Assembly: GCA_014763885.1 (NCBI GenBank) | Contig: JACXUO010000001.1 | Span: 62-64,061, forward strand | Direction of reading: 5' to 3' | Source of the DNA: Campylobacterales bacterium | GTDB taxonomy: Bacteria > Campylobacterota > Campylobacteria > Campylobacterales > Sulfurovaceae | Length of the DNA stretch: 64,000 nt | Shown: piece by piece, positions 1 to 9,969 of the stretch | Layout of the letters: each line of letters begins with the position of its first letter | Numbering within the stretch: position 1 is the stretch's first letter | Program-made: the position numbers and the translations under genes | Notes under the pieces: generated by a model | What the model was told of the DNA's origin: nothing | Databases searched by the model: none | The model's input: the letters and a program-made list of their open reading frames with translations, nothing else

Positions 1-1999
1 TAGAACCGATCGTGTTGAGCCTGTTGGCTTTCAGTGCCGCATCCTCGGTGTTGACCATTACATCATCAAAATAGGCATCCAGTTCACGCTTCAGGCCGAA
101 GAGCGCATCCAGCTCCTCTTTGTAGTCTTTATAGGTCGCGTTGATCACTTTTTCGTAGGCGTTGTAGAGTGTCACCTCCGCATCTTCGGCAAAGAGCGTC
201 GTATCGATCTTCATCGGTGCATCCAGGTCTACATCTTTGGAGATGTTCGCCACACGCTTGAAGGTAGAGAACTGTTCCTTGAAGACATCGCTGCTGACGA
301 TCTCATTGAGCGCGGCAACCTTCTTGGAGATCTCGTTGATATCTCTCTCCCCTGAAGCAAGGACAGCGGCGATCACCGACGGGTTGGCATCGAATGATTT
401 ATAGATACGCTCGATGATGAAGTCGCTGAGAAGCTGCAGATCAAACGCTGCATACTCCGCTTTGAGCAGTGCAATGACATCTTCGATATGAAAGCCAAGG
501 TCATTTACCGTAACGATACGCACGATACCGTTGACTGCACGGCGGAGCGCAAACGGGTCCTTGGAACCTGTCGGGATCATACCTACACTGAAAAGGCCAA
601 TAAGGGTATCGAGTTTGATCGCCATGGCAACGATACTGGAGAAGAGCGTGCTTGGGAGCTCCGCACCCTCACCTACCGGCATATACTGCTCTTTGATCGC
701 AGTATACACGATCTCCTCTTCTCCGAGCGCTTTGGCGTAGTAATAGCCCATCAGCCCCTGTAGCTCGGTAAACTCATAGACCATCTCGCTCATCAGGTCG
801 GCTTTGGCAAGCTCTACCGCTCTGTCCATTGCTTTTTCAAGCGTGACATTATCTTTGCCGCTTTGTGCTTCCACTCTCTCCATATAAAGACCGAGCAGGC
901 GCATCGCGATATGTTTCTCTCTTCTGATCTTATCTTTCAGTGTCCCCAGCCCATCAAGGAACTGTACCTTCTCCAGCCCCTCAGTACTCAGTCCCGCTTT
1001 GAGGTCGTTTCGATAGAAGAAAAGGCCGTCAGCGAGTCTTGGCTTCAATACACGTTCATTCCCTGCGATCACTTTGCTGTAGTCATCTGTATAGGCGTTG
1101 CTTACCACTACAAACTTGTTGGTGATCTTGCCGCCCTCGAATACCGGGAAGTAACGCTGGTGCTCTTTCATCGATGTGATGATCACTTCGGGCGGAAGTT
1201 CAAGGAACATCTCATCGAACTTTCCGACCAATGCCTTCGGGTTCTCTGTGATCGCAACCACCTCCGCAAGCAGGTCGGTATCTCTTTCGATAAAGATCCC
1301 TTCTTGCTCTTCCAGTGCATCAAACTGTTCCAGGATCAGTGCTTCCCTCTTTTTGGGATACAGCATGACCGCACCCTCAGCCAGTACCTGCTCATAGGCA
1401 TCTATACTCGGCACTTCTACCGCATCGTAGTTGACCATACGGTGCAGATAGGTCTTCGTACCGCTCTGTACGCCAAAAAGTTCTACCGGTACAGAGACTT
1501 CACCCATCCTTACCTGCAACCATCTGATAGGACGGATAAACTCGTCGCTTCGTGATCCCCATCTCATCATTTTGCCGAATGCCATCGATGCGATCCACTT
1601 CTCCAGCATCTCCTGCAACAATGCAGTTGTATCGGCACCCTTCTCCTCTTTTTTGAAGAAAAGTACCTCACGGCCGTTGTTATCCGCACGTCCCAGTTCA
1701 TTGACACTCACACCGCATTTGCGCGCAAACCCTTCAGCGGCCTTGGTCGGCTCACCCTCTTTGAATGCGGCAGCCACGGGAGGCCCCATCAGTTCAATCG
1801 TCTGATCTTCCTGTTTTTCCGGCATCGCACTGTGTTTCAGTACCAGTCTTCTGGGGGTATAGATAAACTCGAACGCACAGCTGAGTTTATACTCATCAAG
1901 CAGATTTTGCCAGGAGTTTTCGATATTTTTTACGATCTTTAGTAACGGTATTGCAGGTAGTTCTTCAACACCGATTTCAATAAGAAGTGGTTGTGTCAT
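1..1999 (-). CDS. glyS: Glycine--tRNA ligase beta subunit (3' end runs off the window)
   Basis: Not in the ORF track because there is no stop in the window. Manual translation from ATG 1999 gives MTQPLLIEIGVEELPAIP...TPRRLVL...MRWG...FIRPIRW...KADLMSEMVYEFTELQGLMG...GSKDPFALRRA, typical of GlyS. Confidence 0.97.
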   Translation of the reverse strand, partial: MTQPLLIEIGVEELPAIPLLKIVKNIENSWQNLLDEYKLSCAFEFIYTPRRLVLKHSAMPEKQEDQTIELMGPPVAAAFKEGEPTKAAEGFARKCGVSVNELGRADNNGREVLFFKKEEKGADTTALLQEMLEKWIASMAFGKMMRWGSRSDEFIRPIRWLQVRMGEVSVPVELFGVQSGTKTYLHRMVNYDAVEVPSIDAYEQVLAEGAVMLYPKKREALILEQFDALEEQEGIFIERDTDLLAEVVAITENPKALVGKFDEMFLELPPEVIITSMKEHQRYFPVFEGGKITNKFVVVSNAYTDDYSKVIAGNERVLKPRLADGLFFYRNDLKAGLSTEGLEKVQFLDGLGTLKDKIRREKHIAMRLLGLYMERVEAQSGKDNVTLEKAMDRAVELAKADLMSEMVYEFTELQGLMGYYYAKALGEEEIVYTAIKEQYMPVGEGAELPSTLFSSIVAMAIKLDTLIGLFSVGMIPTGSKDPFALRRAVNGIVRIVTVNDLGFHIEDVIALLKAEYAAFDLQLLSDFIIERIYKSFDANPSVIAAVLASGERDINEISKKVAALNEIVSSDVFKEQFSTFKRVANISKDVDLDAPMKIDTTLFAEDAEVTLYNAYEKVINATYKDYKEELDALFGLKRELDAYFDDVMVNTEDAALKANRLNTIGS

Positions 2000-2055
2000 C
2001 TTTTAGAGTCCTATTAAGATAAATGATACGTGATTTTATCTAAATGTTGGTAAAT

Positions 2056-2091
2056 GGGGGGTTAGTCTGTATCGCAACATCCTATCCCCCC
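2056..2091 (-). terminator. GC-clamped stem-loop (G6...C6) downstream of the FISUMP-lipoprotein gene
   Basis: ggggggttag...ctatcccccc inverted repeat; only a weak U-tract. Confidence 0.35.
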
Positions 2092-2118
2092 GTCGCTGAT
2101 GGCATAAAGATAAGATGG

Positions 2119-2796
2119 CTACTCTTTGATGCATCTCACAGGATACGCAAACGCACGTTCATCATTGAACATGGCTGCAATGCCTGGCCCAAACCCAAGA
2201 TAGCTGGATTCAGCCACAATTCCGCTCTCTGTGGCACTCCAGTAGTGCCCATATATTCCAATCTGCCTCAATCCTCCATCGGAGTAGTGTCTGTATCCTG
2301 CTGATGGCAATTTCAGGAAACTGTTAAACGCATCTACATCATCACTGACTCCCACATCTACTGTCTCTGCCTTCAATTCCTCTTTTGTAGGCACTCTAAA
2401 TCCCTGAGGGCATATAGATGATCCGTCAGATAGACTCCAGAATGCCGATCTCTCGGTACCGTCTGCATCTGCTGTAGTCCAATCATCGCTCTGAGCAATA
2501 AAATCACCATGTCCTGCATGCAGTGTATCTGAGAGTACCGTGGTGATGCTGCTGTGTGGATCTTGATGTCCATCTGCCTCGCGTCCCCATTGATAATAGT
2601 CGCCGTAACACTCCGTATCATCAAGGGACACACACACTCTGCTTGCTCCAAGATTTCTGTCTAACCATATTTTACCTGTATGGGGAGAGGTCACTGTAGA
2701 ATATCCCATCCCACTCGCTTGGCCTCCACTGCCACCACACCCCGTGATTCCCAATACAACTGCCCCTGCAACCAAACCGCTATAAAGTATTTTCAT
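2119..2796 (-). CDS. Lipoprotein with FISUMP (Fibrobacter succinogenes major paralogous)-like domain
   Basis: Lipobox ITGC after a hydrophobic signal; motifs KIWLDRNLGA, YGDYYQWGR, CPQGFRVPT, GHYWSAT and C-terminal PVRCIKE. Confidence 0.8.
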   Translation of the reverse strand: MKILYSGLVAGAVVLGITGCGGSGGQASGMGYSTVTSPHTGKIWLDRNLGASRVCVSLDDTECYGDYYQWGREADGHQDPHSSITTVLSDTLHAGHGDFIAQSDDWTTADADGTERSAFWSLSDGSSICPQGFRVPTKEELKAETVDVGVSDDVDAFNSFLKLPSAGYRHYSDGGLRQIGIYGHYWSATESGIVAESSYLGFGPGIAAMFNDERAFAYPVRCIKE

Positions 2797-3019
2797 GTTA
2801 GCCTCCTTTGAAAATATCTTCTTATATCATACCATAAGCTAACATTTTTTTCTGATCACTGTTTAAGCGGATATATTGTGGTTCCCTATGTCTATTATTC
2901 AAGGTAACGCTCAGAGAGTAAAGGGATGGTAAGATTCACTTTTTCTCTCAGTTCACAGCATAATACTCCAAAATGGAACAGTGAGAGTCAGGGCATGATC
3001 GCCGAAGAAAAGATCTGCC

Positions 3020-3244
3020 CTACTTTGAAGCGATCTTCAGAGCCAGTTTCCGTGCAAAAGGAAAGACCACCAAAATCGAAGGAAACGCAACCGCCCAGGC
3101 CACAAGCCATGCATGGATCCAGATAGCCATAAAGTGCTCCGCGATTCCAAGGTTGATAAACGAAATAGCTCCGGACATGATAAAGCTCATAAGCCCGGAA
3201 AGTAAAAAAGCTTGTACTTGATGAAGATACTTAGCCGATATCAT
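3020..3244 (-). CDS. DUF2798-family small membrane protein
   Basis: MSFIMSGAISFIN...W..AW..AW.VAFP pattern with two TM segments. Confidence 0.75.
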   Translation of the reverse strand: MISAKYLHQVQAFLLSGLMSFIMSGAISFINLGIAEHFMAIWIHAWLVAWAVAFPSILVVFPFARKLALKIASK

Positions 3245-3301
3245 CCTGCCTCCTTGATTTTGACATTATTCTTGTAAACTCTCTTTCATGACTAAAGTCA
3301 A

Positions 3302-3457
3302 TCACTGTGACGATTTATTATCGTCTTGGGTGTTGGTCATATCGATACGTTTTCCTTCATTGTCAAACTTGTTTCTAAAATAGTTTCTGATGATCACAAA
3401 GGTCATAAAGGCAAACAGTGCAAAAGCAAAAATATAAAAGATATCTCCAAAACTCAT
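3302..3457 (-). CDS. Small single-TM protein (51 aa), absent from the ORF track
   Basis: MSFGDIFYIFAFALFAFMTFVIIRNYFRNKFDNEGKRIDMTNTQDDNKSSQ; ATGA overlap with the trmL stop. Confidence 0.7.
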   Translation of the reverse strand: MSFGDIFYIFAFALFAFMTFVIIRNYFRNKFDNEGKRIDMTNTQDDNKSSQ

Positions 3458-3951
3458 GATTCTTCCTTTAGTCTATTGGGGATTTTGATCTTTTCAAATC
3501 CCTCGTAGTTCTGGCGCAGCGCCTCATAGGTGACGATCCCCACACTGACACCCAGGTTGAGACTGCGTCCGGCACCTCCCATCGGAATGGTGATACAGTT
3601 TTCGGGGTGCTCAAGAAGCACCCTCTCGTCGATCCCTTTGCTTTCAGAACCAAAAAGGATATAGTCACCCTTTTTGAAGGTTGCTTCAAAATAGAGCTTG
3701 TCGGTTTTTGTCGTCGCCATATGGGTATGCTCATCGATCGGGTGTGCAACAAGGAACTCCTCGAAACTTTCCCAGACAACCAGATCAAGATGCTTCCAGT
3801 AGTCCAGGCCGGCACGTTTGACCGCCTTGTCATCGATATCGAAACCGATCGGTTTGATCAGGTGAAGCGTGGCGCCGAGATTGACACAGAGACGTCCTAT
3901 CGTCCCCGTATTTTGAGGGATCATCGGCTCAACCAGTACAATATTAAACAT
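3454..3951 (-). CDS. trmL: tRNA (cytidine/uridine-34-2'-O)-methyltransferase, SpoU family
   Basis: IVLVEPMIPQNTGTIGRLC, RAGLDYW, FGSESKG, IPM...RSLNL motifs. Confidence 0.93.
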   Translation of the reverse strand: MFNIVLVEPMIPQNTGTIGRLCVNLGATLHLIKPIGFDIDDKAVKRAGLDYWKHLDLVVWESFEEFLVAHPIDEHTHMATTKTDKLYFEATFKKGDYILFGSESKGIDERVLLEHPENCITIPMGGAGRSLNLGVSVGIVTYEALRQNYEGFEKIKIPNRLKEES

Positions 3952-3953
3952 GA

Positions 3954-4790
3954 TTAGAATACAACCGTTTTATTTCCGTGGACAAACACACGGTCATTGA
4001 GCACATAGGAGAGGGCACGGGAGAGCACCACCTTTTCTACATCGCGTCCGGCACGCTGCATATCCCTCCACTCCATACGGTGGTTGACAGGGATCACATC
4101 CTGCGCGATGATCGGCCCTTCATCCAGATCATCGGTCACAAAGTGTGCCGTAGCACCGATGATCTTCACCCCTCTGTCATGGGCCTGCTTATAAGGGTTT
4201 GCCCCGATGAATGCGGGGAGGAATGAGTGGTGGATATTGATGATCTTCTTCTCATAGGCTTTGACGAATTTCGACGTCAGGATACGCATATATTTTGCAA
4301 GCACGATGAAATCAAACTCAAAGGTATCGATCAGTTCCATCACTTTGGCTTCATGCGCCTCCCGGTCCATCCCGTCAGCCGGGATACAATAGAACGGGAT
4401 ATCAAAACGGCGGACAAGATCTTCCAGTGTATCATGGTTGGCAATGACACACTCGATCTGCGCATCCAGTTCGCCGTCAGCATGGCGTATCAGTATATCG
4501 CCGAGCGCATGGGACTCTTTGGTAGCCATCAGTATGATCTTCTTGGGTTTGGGTATGATCACTTTGATATCTGCATCTTCAGGGACAGCAGCCTTCAGCT
4601 CCTGCAAAAGCTCCTGGGGCTCAAACCTCCCCGTCACCACAGAACGCATAAAGAACCTGCCGCTATCCTTGTCTACAAACTCACGGTTGGAATCGATATT
4701 CAGATCTTTTTCAAAAAAGACTTTCGAGATCGTATAGACCAGTCCCTTTGCATCATTACAGTCGATCAGAACCCTTGCTCTTGTTTCCAT
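3954..4790 (-). CDS. purU: Formyltetrahydrofolate deformylase
   Basis: N-terminal ACT domain; VLAKYMRIL, INIHHSFLPAFIGANPYKQA, GATAHFVTDDLDEGPII. Confidence 0.97.
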   Translation of the reverse strand: METRARVLIDCNDAKGLVYTISKVFFEKDLNIDSNREFVDKDSGRFFMRSVVTGRFEPQELLQELKAAVPEDADIKVIIPKPKKIILMATKESHALGDILIRHADGELDAQIECVIANHDTLEDLVRRFDIPFYCIPADGMDREAHEAKVMELIDTFEFDFIVLAKYMRILTSKFVKAYEKKIINIHHSFLPAFIGANPYKQAHDRGVKIIGATAHFVTDDLDEGPIIAQDVIPVNHRMEWRDMQRAGRDVEKVVLSRALSYVLNDRVFVHGNKTVVF

Positions 4791-4934
4791 TTATGTTACC
4801 CTTGACACCATAATTTATCTATAGATTATTCTAAAAGTATAGAGAAAAAAGAAAAACCATTATTTTACGTACGGCAAACTGCTGCACACAATATAGCGAT
4901 CTCTTAATAAAATTGCCATAGTGGCAACTCTATT

Positions 4935-4964
4935 AAAAGAGGCGAAACGAACGTTATTCGTTTC
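4935..4964 (-). terminator. Intrinsic terminator after leuB
   Basis: GAAACGAA-taacg-TTCGTTTC hairpin followed by gcctctttt on the minus strand. Confidence 0.6.
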
Positions 4965-4973
4965 ATCCCCTGC

Positions 4974-6044
4974 TTATTTTGATGCATAGTCAGCGATGAT
5001 ATCACCGATCTCACTGCACGAACAGATCTCTTTGGCATCATAGTCGCCCAGATCCCCTGTGCGGTACCCGTCTGCAAGCGCCTTTTTGATCGCCTCATCG
5101 ATTCTCTCCGCAGCTTTCTCTTCACCGAGTGCATAACGCAACATCATGCTTGCACTTGAGATCGTAGCAAGCGGGTTCGCGATCCCCTGGCCTGCAATAT
5201 CCGGTGCCGAACCATGGATCGGCTCATAAAGCCCTACACCTTTTCCGGTACTGGCACTCGGAAGAAGCCCGATCGAACCGCTGAGCATACTTGCCGCATC
5301 CGAGAGAATATCCCCGAAGATATTCCCTGTCAAAATCACATCAAACTGTTTGGGAGCACGGATCAGCTGCATTGCTGCATTATCGACATACATATGCGTC
5401 AACTCGACTTCAGGATAATCTTTTGCCACCTCTTCGACAATCTCTCTCCAGAACTGACTCACTTCAAGCACATTCGCCTTGTCAACGGAACAGACACGCT
5501 TGTTGCGTTTCATGGCGATATCAAATGCGACTACCGCGATACGTTCTACCTCTTCACGCGTATAGACCATGGTATTGTAGGCTCTGTCGTCCTCGATCGC
5601 TCTTGGCTGACCGAAGTAGATACCGCCTGTCAGTTCACGTACGACCATGATATCCACACCTCTGATCACCTCAGGTTTCAGGGTAGATGCATTGACAAGC
5701 TCATCATAGACCATCGCCGGACGAAGGTTGGCAAACGTTCCCATCTCTTTACGCAGGCCGAGAAGTCCTGTTTCAGGACGGAGGTGTCTCTCCAGGTTGT
5801 CCCACTTTGGTCCGCCGATCGCACCGAAAAGAACCGCATCGCACTTCTTTACACCCTGGATCGTCTCTTCAGGAAGCGGTACACCGGTTTCGTCGATCGC
5901 CGCTCCTCCAAGAAGCATCTCCTCATACTTAAGGGTAAATCCTTCTCTCACAGACACCGCGTCCAACACCTTGATCGCCTCATCCACGATCTCTGGACCG
6001 ATCCCGTCACCTTTAATCACTCCGATTTTATAACTCTTACTCAT
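4974..6044 (-). CDS. leuB: 3-isopropylmalate dehydrogenase
   Basis: [40 protein letters not shown]. Confidence 0.97.
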   Translation of the reverse strand: MSKSYKIGVIKGDGIGPEIVDEAIKVLDAVSVREGFTLKYEEMLLGGAAIDETGVPLPEETIQGVKKCDAVLFGAIGGPKWDNLERHLRPETGLLGLRKEMGTFANLRPAMVYDELVNASTLKPEVIRGVDIMVVRELTGGIYFGQPRAIEDDRAYNTMVYTREEVERIAVVAFDIAMKRNKRVCSVDKANVLEVSQFWREIVEEVAKDYPEVELTHMYVDNAAMQLIRAPKQFDVILTGNIFGDILSDAASMLSGSIGLLPSASTGKGVGLYEPIHGSAPDIAGQGIANPLATISSASMMLRYALGEEKAAERIDEAIKKALADGYRTGDLGDYDAKEICSCSEIGDIIADYASK

Positions 6045-6058
6045 ACTATATAACCTTT

Positions 6059-6553
6059 TTACGCTTGTTGCTTTGCGATTTCTTGTTTTGCATAATTGAT
6101 CAATCCACCCGCATCAACGAGCTCCTGCATAAATGCAGGAATCGGTGTGAACTTGTAAGTTTTCGCCTGAGTTACATTGATGATCTCGCCTGCATCCATA
6201 TCGATACGGATCGTATCACCTTCCTCAATCTCTTCAGCTTCAGGAAGTTCAAAAATAGGGAGTCCCATGTTGAATGCATTTCTATAGAAGATACGTGCAA
6301 AAGTAGGTGCCACCACTGCCGCCACACCTGCTGCTTTCAGTGCGATCGGGGCATGTTCTCTGCTTGAACCACAACCGAAATTTTCACCTGCTACGATGAT
6401 ATCCCCTTCACGCATATTGTTCACGAATGACGGGTCTGCATCCTCCATCACGTGTTTAGCCAATTCTGACGCTTCAGAAGTATTCAGATATCTTGCTGCG
6501 ATGATCAAATCTGTATCGATGTTGTCACCAAATTTCCAAACTTTACCTTGCAA
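6059..6553 (-). CDS. leuD: 3-isopropylmalate dehydratase small subunit (short type-2 form)
   Basis: [40 protein letters not shown]; TTG start; adjacent to leuB. Confidence 0.9.
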   Translation of the reverse strand: MQGKVWKFGDNIDTDLIIAARYLNTSEASELAKHVMEDADPSFVNNMREGDIIVAGENFGCGSSREHAPIALKAAGVAAVVAPTFARIFYRNAFNMGLPIFELPEAEEIEEGDTIRIDMDAGEIINVTQAKTYKFTPIPAFMQELVDAGGLINYAKQEIAKQQA

Positions 6554-6719
6554 AATCTATTCCTTACAATGAGGCTCAACCCCAAAAATATTTTCGCGAT
6601 TATAGCCAAAAAAACAGAAATCACCAAATTACCCCTATCATTTCTAACAAAATTTCGGTATAATCCAACCTTAATATTCACTGAGTTAACCCAAAGAACT
6701 CTTACGGACAAGGAAAGTT

Positions 6720-8579
6720 ATGGCAGCAGCAAAAGACAGCATGAAAAGCATAGAAACACTATTTGCATCCAAAAAAAAGGGTGATGTGATCACACTTGAA
6801 AACATCGCCAAAGAATTCAACAAACAGATCACCGCTGCACAGGCAAAAAAAATCTACAAATTATCACTTGATAATAAAATAGATATCGTAAGTTCATCCG
6901 AATATGCCAAGCTTCTAACTACACAACAGGCTGAAAAAATCGAAGAAGCCAGAAAAAAGATCGCAGCCGGAGAGGAGCTGGAGGAGTTTGACCTTCATAA
7001 AGAGAAAGAACTCCTTGAGTGGAGCCGTTCTGACTCGCCTGTACGTATGTACCTGCGTGAAATGGGAAAAATCCCCCTGCTTACCAAAGAGGAGGAGGTA
7101 GAACTTTCCCAAAGAATTGAGGAGGGGGAGAACATCATCCTTGATGCGATCTGTTCTGTGCCCTACCTGATAGACTATATCCTCAACTATAAAGGGCCTC
7201 TTTTGAACCGCGAAAGAAGGGTAAAAGAGCTCTTTAAAAGCTTTGAGGATGACAAGAACAGTGACTCTGACAAAGAGGATGATGACGATAACGATGATGA
7301 TGACGAGAATGAAAACTCACCAAAAGATGACAGCCGGGTAAAACAGGTTGTAGACAGCTTCAAACAACTTGAGAAAGCAAAAAAAGAGTGGATGAAAGCT
7401 CGTGAAGAGATGCTCAAGATCATGGAAGATGAAACGGATGAAGAGGTGATCCTTCATGAACGTCTTAAAGTGGCTTTCAAAAAAGAGCTGCTTAAACGTG
7501 CACTGATCAATCTTGGGCCGACATCAAAACTGATCAATGAACTGGTCAAGGCGATGGAGACAGCGCTTACCAGCGATGACAGCTTTGAAAGGGAGCTCAA
7601 GCGCCTTGAGTACAAACTTCCGCTCTTCAATGATATCCTGAGAAAAAATCACCAGAAGATCCTGGATAACATTATCAATATGGATAAAGATGATATCATT
7701 AATGCGGTTCCGGAAACCACCATGGTAAGTACCTATGTGGAGATCAAAAAACTCTTTGAGACACGTGAAGCAAGTAAGGGTGGATTTGACCTGAGTGAGG
7801 AAAAACTCGAAGAGGTACTGAACCAGATCCGTCAGGGTAAAGCCAAAAGCGAGAAAGCAAAAACACGTATGGCAAAATCAAACCTGAGACTGGTTGTATC
7901 AATTGCCAAACGTTATACGAACCGTGGTCTTCCCTTCCTTGACCTGATCCAGGAAGGAAATATCGGGCTGATGAAAGCCGTTGACAAGTTCGAGTATGAG
8001 AAGGGATACAAGTTCTCGACCTACGCAACATGGTGGATCCGTCAGGCCATCAGCCGTGCGATCGCAGACCAGGCACGTACGATCCGTATCCCGATCCATA
8101 TGATCGAAACGATCAACCGTATCAACAAGATCATCCGCAAACATCTCCAGGAGACAGGACGGGAACCTGATCTTGAAACGATCGCTGAAGAGGTAGGACT
8201 CTCTGTCGACAAGGTCAAAAATGTCATCAAGATCACCAAAGAGCCGGTCAGCCTTGAGACACCGGTAGGGGATGAGGATGACGGAAGATTTGGGGACTTT
8301 ATTGAAGACAAAGACACGCTCAGCCCTACAGATGCTGTACTCAAAGATGACCTCAACCTTCAGATCGATGAAGTACTTGACCAGCTGAATGAGAGGGAAA
8401 AAGCCGTCATCCGTATGAGATTCGGATTGCTTGAAGATGAAAGTGACAGAACCCTTGAGGAGATCGGAAAAGAGCTCAATGTGACGCGTGAACGTGTGCG
8501 TCAGATCGAAAGCTCGGCAATTAAAAAATTGAAACACCCGAAAGTCGGGAGAAAACTCAAAAACTATATCGAGGAGTAG
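6720..8579 (+). CDS. rpoD: RNA polymerase primary sigma factor sigma70
   Basis: [54 protein letters not shown], region 4 [19 protein letters not shown]. Confidence 0.98.
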   Translation: MAAAKDSMKSIETLFASKKKGDVITLENIAKEFNKQITAAQAKKIYKLSLDNKIDIVSSSEYAKLLTTQQAEKIEEARKKIAAGEELEEFDLHKEKELLEWSRSDSPVRMYLREMGKIPLLTKEEEVELSQRIEEGENIILDAICSVPYLIDYILNYKGPLLNRERRVKELFKSFEDDKNSDSDKEDDDDNDDDDENENSPKDDSRVKQVVDSFKQLEKAKKEWMKAREEMLKIMEDETDEEVILHERLKVAFKKELLKRALINLGPTSKLINELVKAMETALTSDDSFERELKRLEYKLPLFNDILRKNHQKILDNIINMDKDDIINAVPETTMVSTYVEIKKLFETREASKGGFDLSEEKLEEVLNQIRQGKAKSEKAKTRMAKSNLRLVVSIAKRYTNRGLPFLDLIQEGNIGLMKAVDKFEYEKGYKFSTYATWWIRQAISRAIADQARTIRIPIHMIETINRINKIIRKHLQETGREPDLETIAEEVGLSVDKVKNVIKITKEPVSLETPVGDEDDGRFGDFIEDKDTLSPTDAVLKDDLNLQIDEVLDQLNEREKAVIRMRFGLLEDESDRTLEEIGKELNVTRERVRQIESSAIKKLKHPKVGRKLKNYIEE

Positions 8580-8627
8580 TCAAAACTCCTCTCTGACGGA
8601 GGATGTTCCACCCCTCAGCAGATACGC

Positions 8628-8843
8628 TTATTGGTCCGAGATATATCCTACCGTCCCGCCGACAACGGTCCCGACAGCTGCACCTTTCAGGACATTCCCT
8701 CCGGTCACGCCTGATACGACAGCCCCACTCGCTGCACCGACCAACGCACCTTTTTTTGTATTCGGACTGGGTTGTGCACAACCACCTATCATTAACGTCA
8801 GAACAAATACTGCAGAGACTTTTTTGATTGCTGTTCTTTGCAT
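8628..8843 (-). CDS. Small glycine-zipper lipoprotein
   Basis: Lipobox IGGC; GALVGAASGAVV...GAAVGTVVGGTVG; AAGGAGG RBS; own TG-T-TATAAT promoter at 8874-8882. Confidence 0.8.
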   Translation of the reverse strand: MQRTAIKKVSAVFVLTLMIGGCAQPSPNTKKGALVGAASGAVVSGVTGGNVLKGAAVGTVVGGTVGYISDQ

Positions 8844-8924
8844 ACTGCCTCCTTTTCTCTCATATTTTGTTTCATTATAACATATAGAGAGGATTTATCA
8901 CTATGCGATATGAGACCATCACTA

Positions 8925-9091
8925 TTTTTTTAGAAAGATAAAAGGCGGGATATGGCGGTAGATTTCATCTATCCTTACAAGTACCTGAAGTGGACAAGTT
9001 TGCATGAGGGCAATCATATAATAAGGAGGTACTTCAGGCACTTGTAAAGTCAGAACCATCCGATGTACAATCGACTTTTTTCCGTGCTTAT
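8925..9091 (-). ncRNA. Candidate long-hairpin ncRNA, 6S (ssrS)-like; ends approximate
   Basis: 17-bp stem 8975-8991/9031-9047 with one G.U pair in minus orientation; weaker outer stem; extended -10 TG-T-TATACT at 9098-9106; both flanking genes have their own promoters. Confidence 0.5.
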
Positions 9092-9213
9092 GACCAAAGT
9101 ATAACATAGAGCATCCCGTTGATACGGAGCCTGTTGATTAAATTTTAACCAATATTAAAAATAGCGTGGAGTTCGTTATAATACGCCCAAAATACGCTTG
9201 CAAAAGGAACAGA

Positions 9214-9969
9214 ATGGGTCTTCCAAATTTTTTTGTACTCATTATCGGCACAGAGATACTCAACCAAAGAAGACGCGACAGGCATTTTGACTATGTTGCC
9301 TCCTCCCTGGCCAAAAAGGGATATAAGTTGACAGGCTCTTTCACGATAGAGGATGATCCTGCGCTTATCGTACAGACGATCAAATTTATCGCCTCACAGC
9401 CAAATCCTGTACTTTTCAGTTTCGGGGGAATCGGTTCGACACCGGATGACCATACAAGAAAATGTGCAGCCATTGCACTGAGAGACGGTACGCTGCCTGT
9501 TCACGAGGAAGCCAGAGAGATCATCGTTGCCCAGTTGGGAGAAAGAGCCTATCCCTACTCGGTACGAATGGCCGAACTTCCAAAAGGATCACAACTCCTG
9601 GACAACCCCGTCAACAAAATGCCGGCGTTCAGCCTGGATGAGCGCTTCTTCTTTATGCCCGGTTTTCCCGAAATGAGCCACCCCATGGTCGAAGCGATCA
9701 TCAACAGACTCATTCCCCATCAACAGACCTATTACCGCCATACCCTGACCGCCTCCTGCAAGGAGAATATCTTCATAGAAGTGATGGAAAAAATGCCCCA
9801 AGGGGTAGAGTTCTCATCGTTGCCGAAACTCTGCAGCAATGGATGGAGGGTCTCTGTCTCTGTAGCATCATATGAGGAAGAGACGGCACGGGCTGCATTT
9901 AAAATGTATACGGATCTGCTGGATGCCAAGGCAATCCCCTACACGCTTGAGGATGAAGGTAACCGCTAA
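9214..9969 (+). CDS. CinA N-terminal-like molybdopterin-binding (MoCF_biosynth) domain protein
   Basis: IIGTEILN.RRRD, SFGGIGSTPDDHT, PGFPEM. Start moved from 9166 to ATG 9214 (AAGGA RBS; TATAAT at 9177-9182). Confidence 0.85.
   Translation: MGLPNFFVLIIGTEILNQRRRDRHFDYVASSLAKKGYKLTGSFTIEDDPALIVQTIKFIASQPNPVLFSFGGIGSTPDDHTRKCAAIALRDGTLPVHEEAREIIVAQLGERAYPYSVRMAELPKGSQLLDNPVNKMPAFSLDERFFFMPGFPEMSHPMVEAIINRLIPHQQTYYRHTLTASCKENIFIEVMEKMPQGVEFSSLPKLCSNGWRVSVSVASYEEETARAAFKMYTDLLDAKAIPYTLEDEGNR

Noticed and set aside
488-1805. Plus-strand ORFs (91-230 aa) in the ORF track
   Set aside because: They are antisense shadows of glyS, which the track missed because it has no stop in the window. The same applies to the many long antisense ORFs opposite leuB, fabX, envC, trmB, ald, proB and others.
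2119-2796. Diversity-generating retroelement
   Set aside because: The fold is compatible with a DGR target, but no reverse transcriptase or template/variable repeat pair is visible in the window.
7240-7330. Asp/Glu low-complexity repeat in rpoD; Pro-Lys repeats in tolA
   Set aside because: Known acidic non-conserved region of sigma70 and standard TolA/TonB linker.
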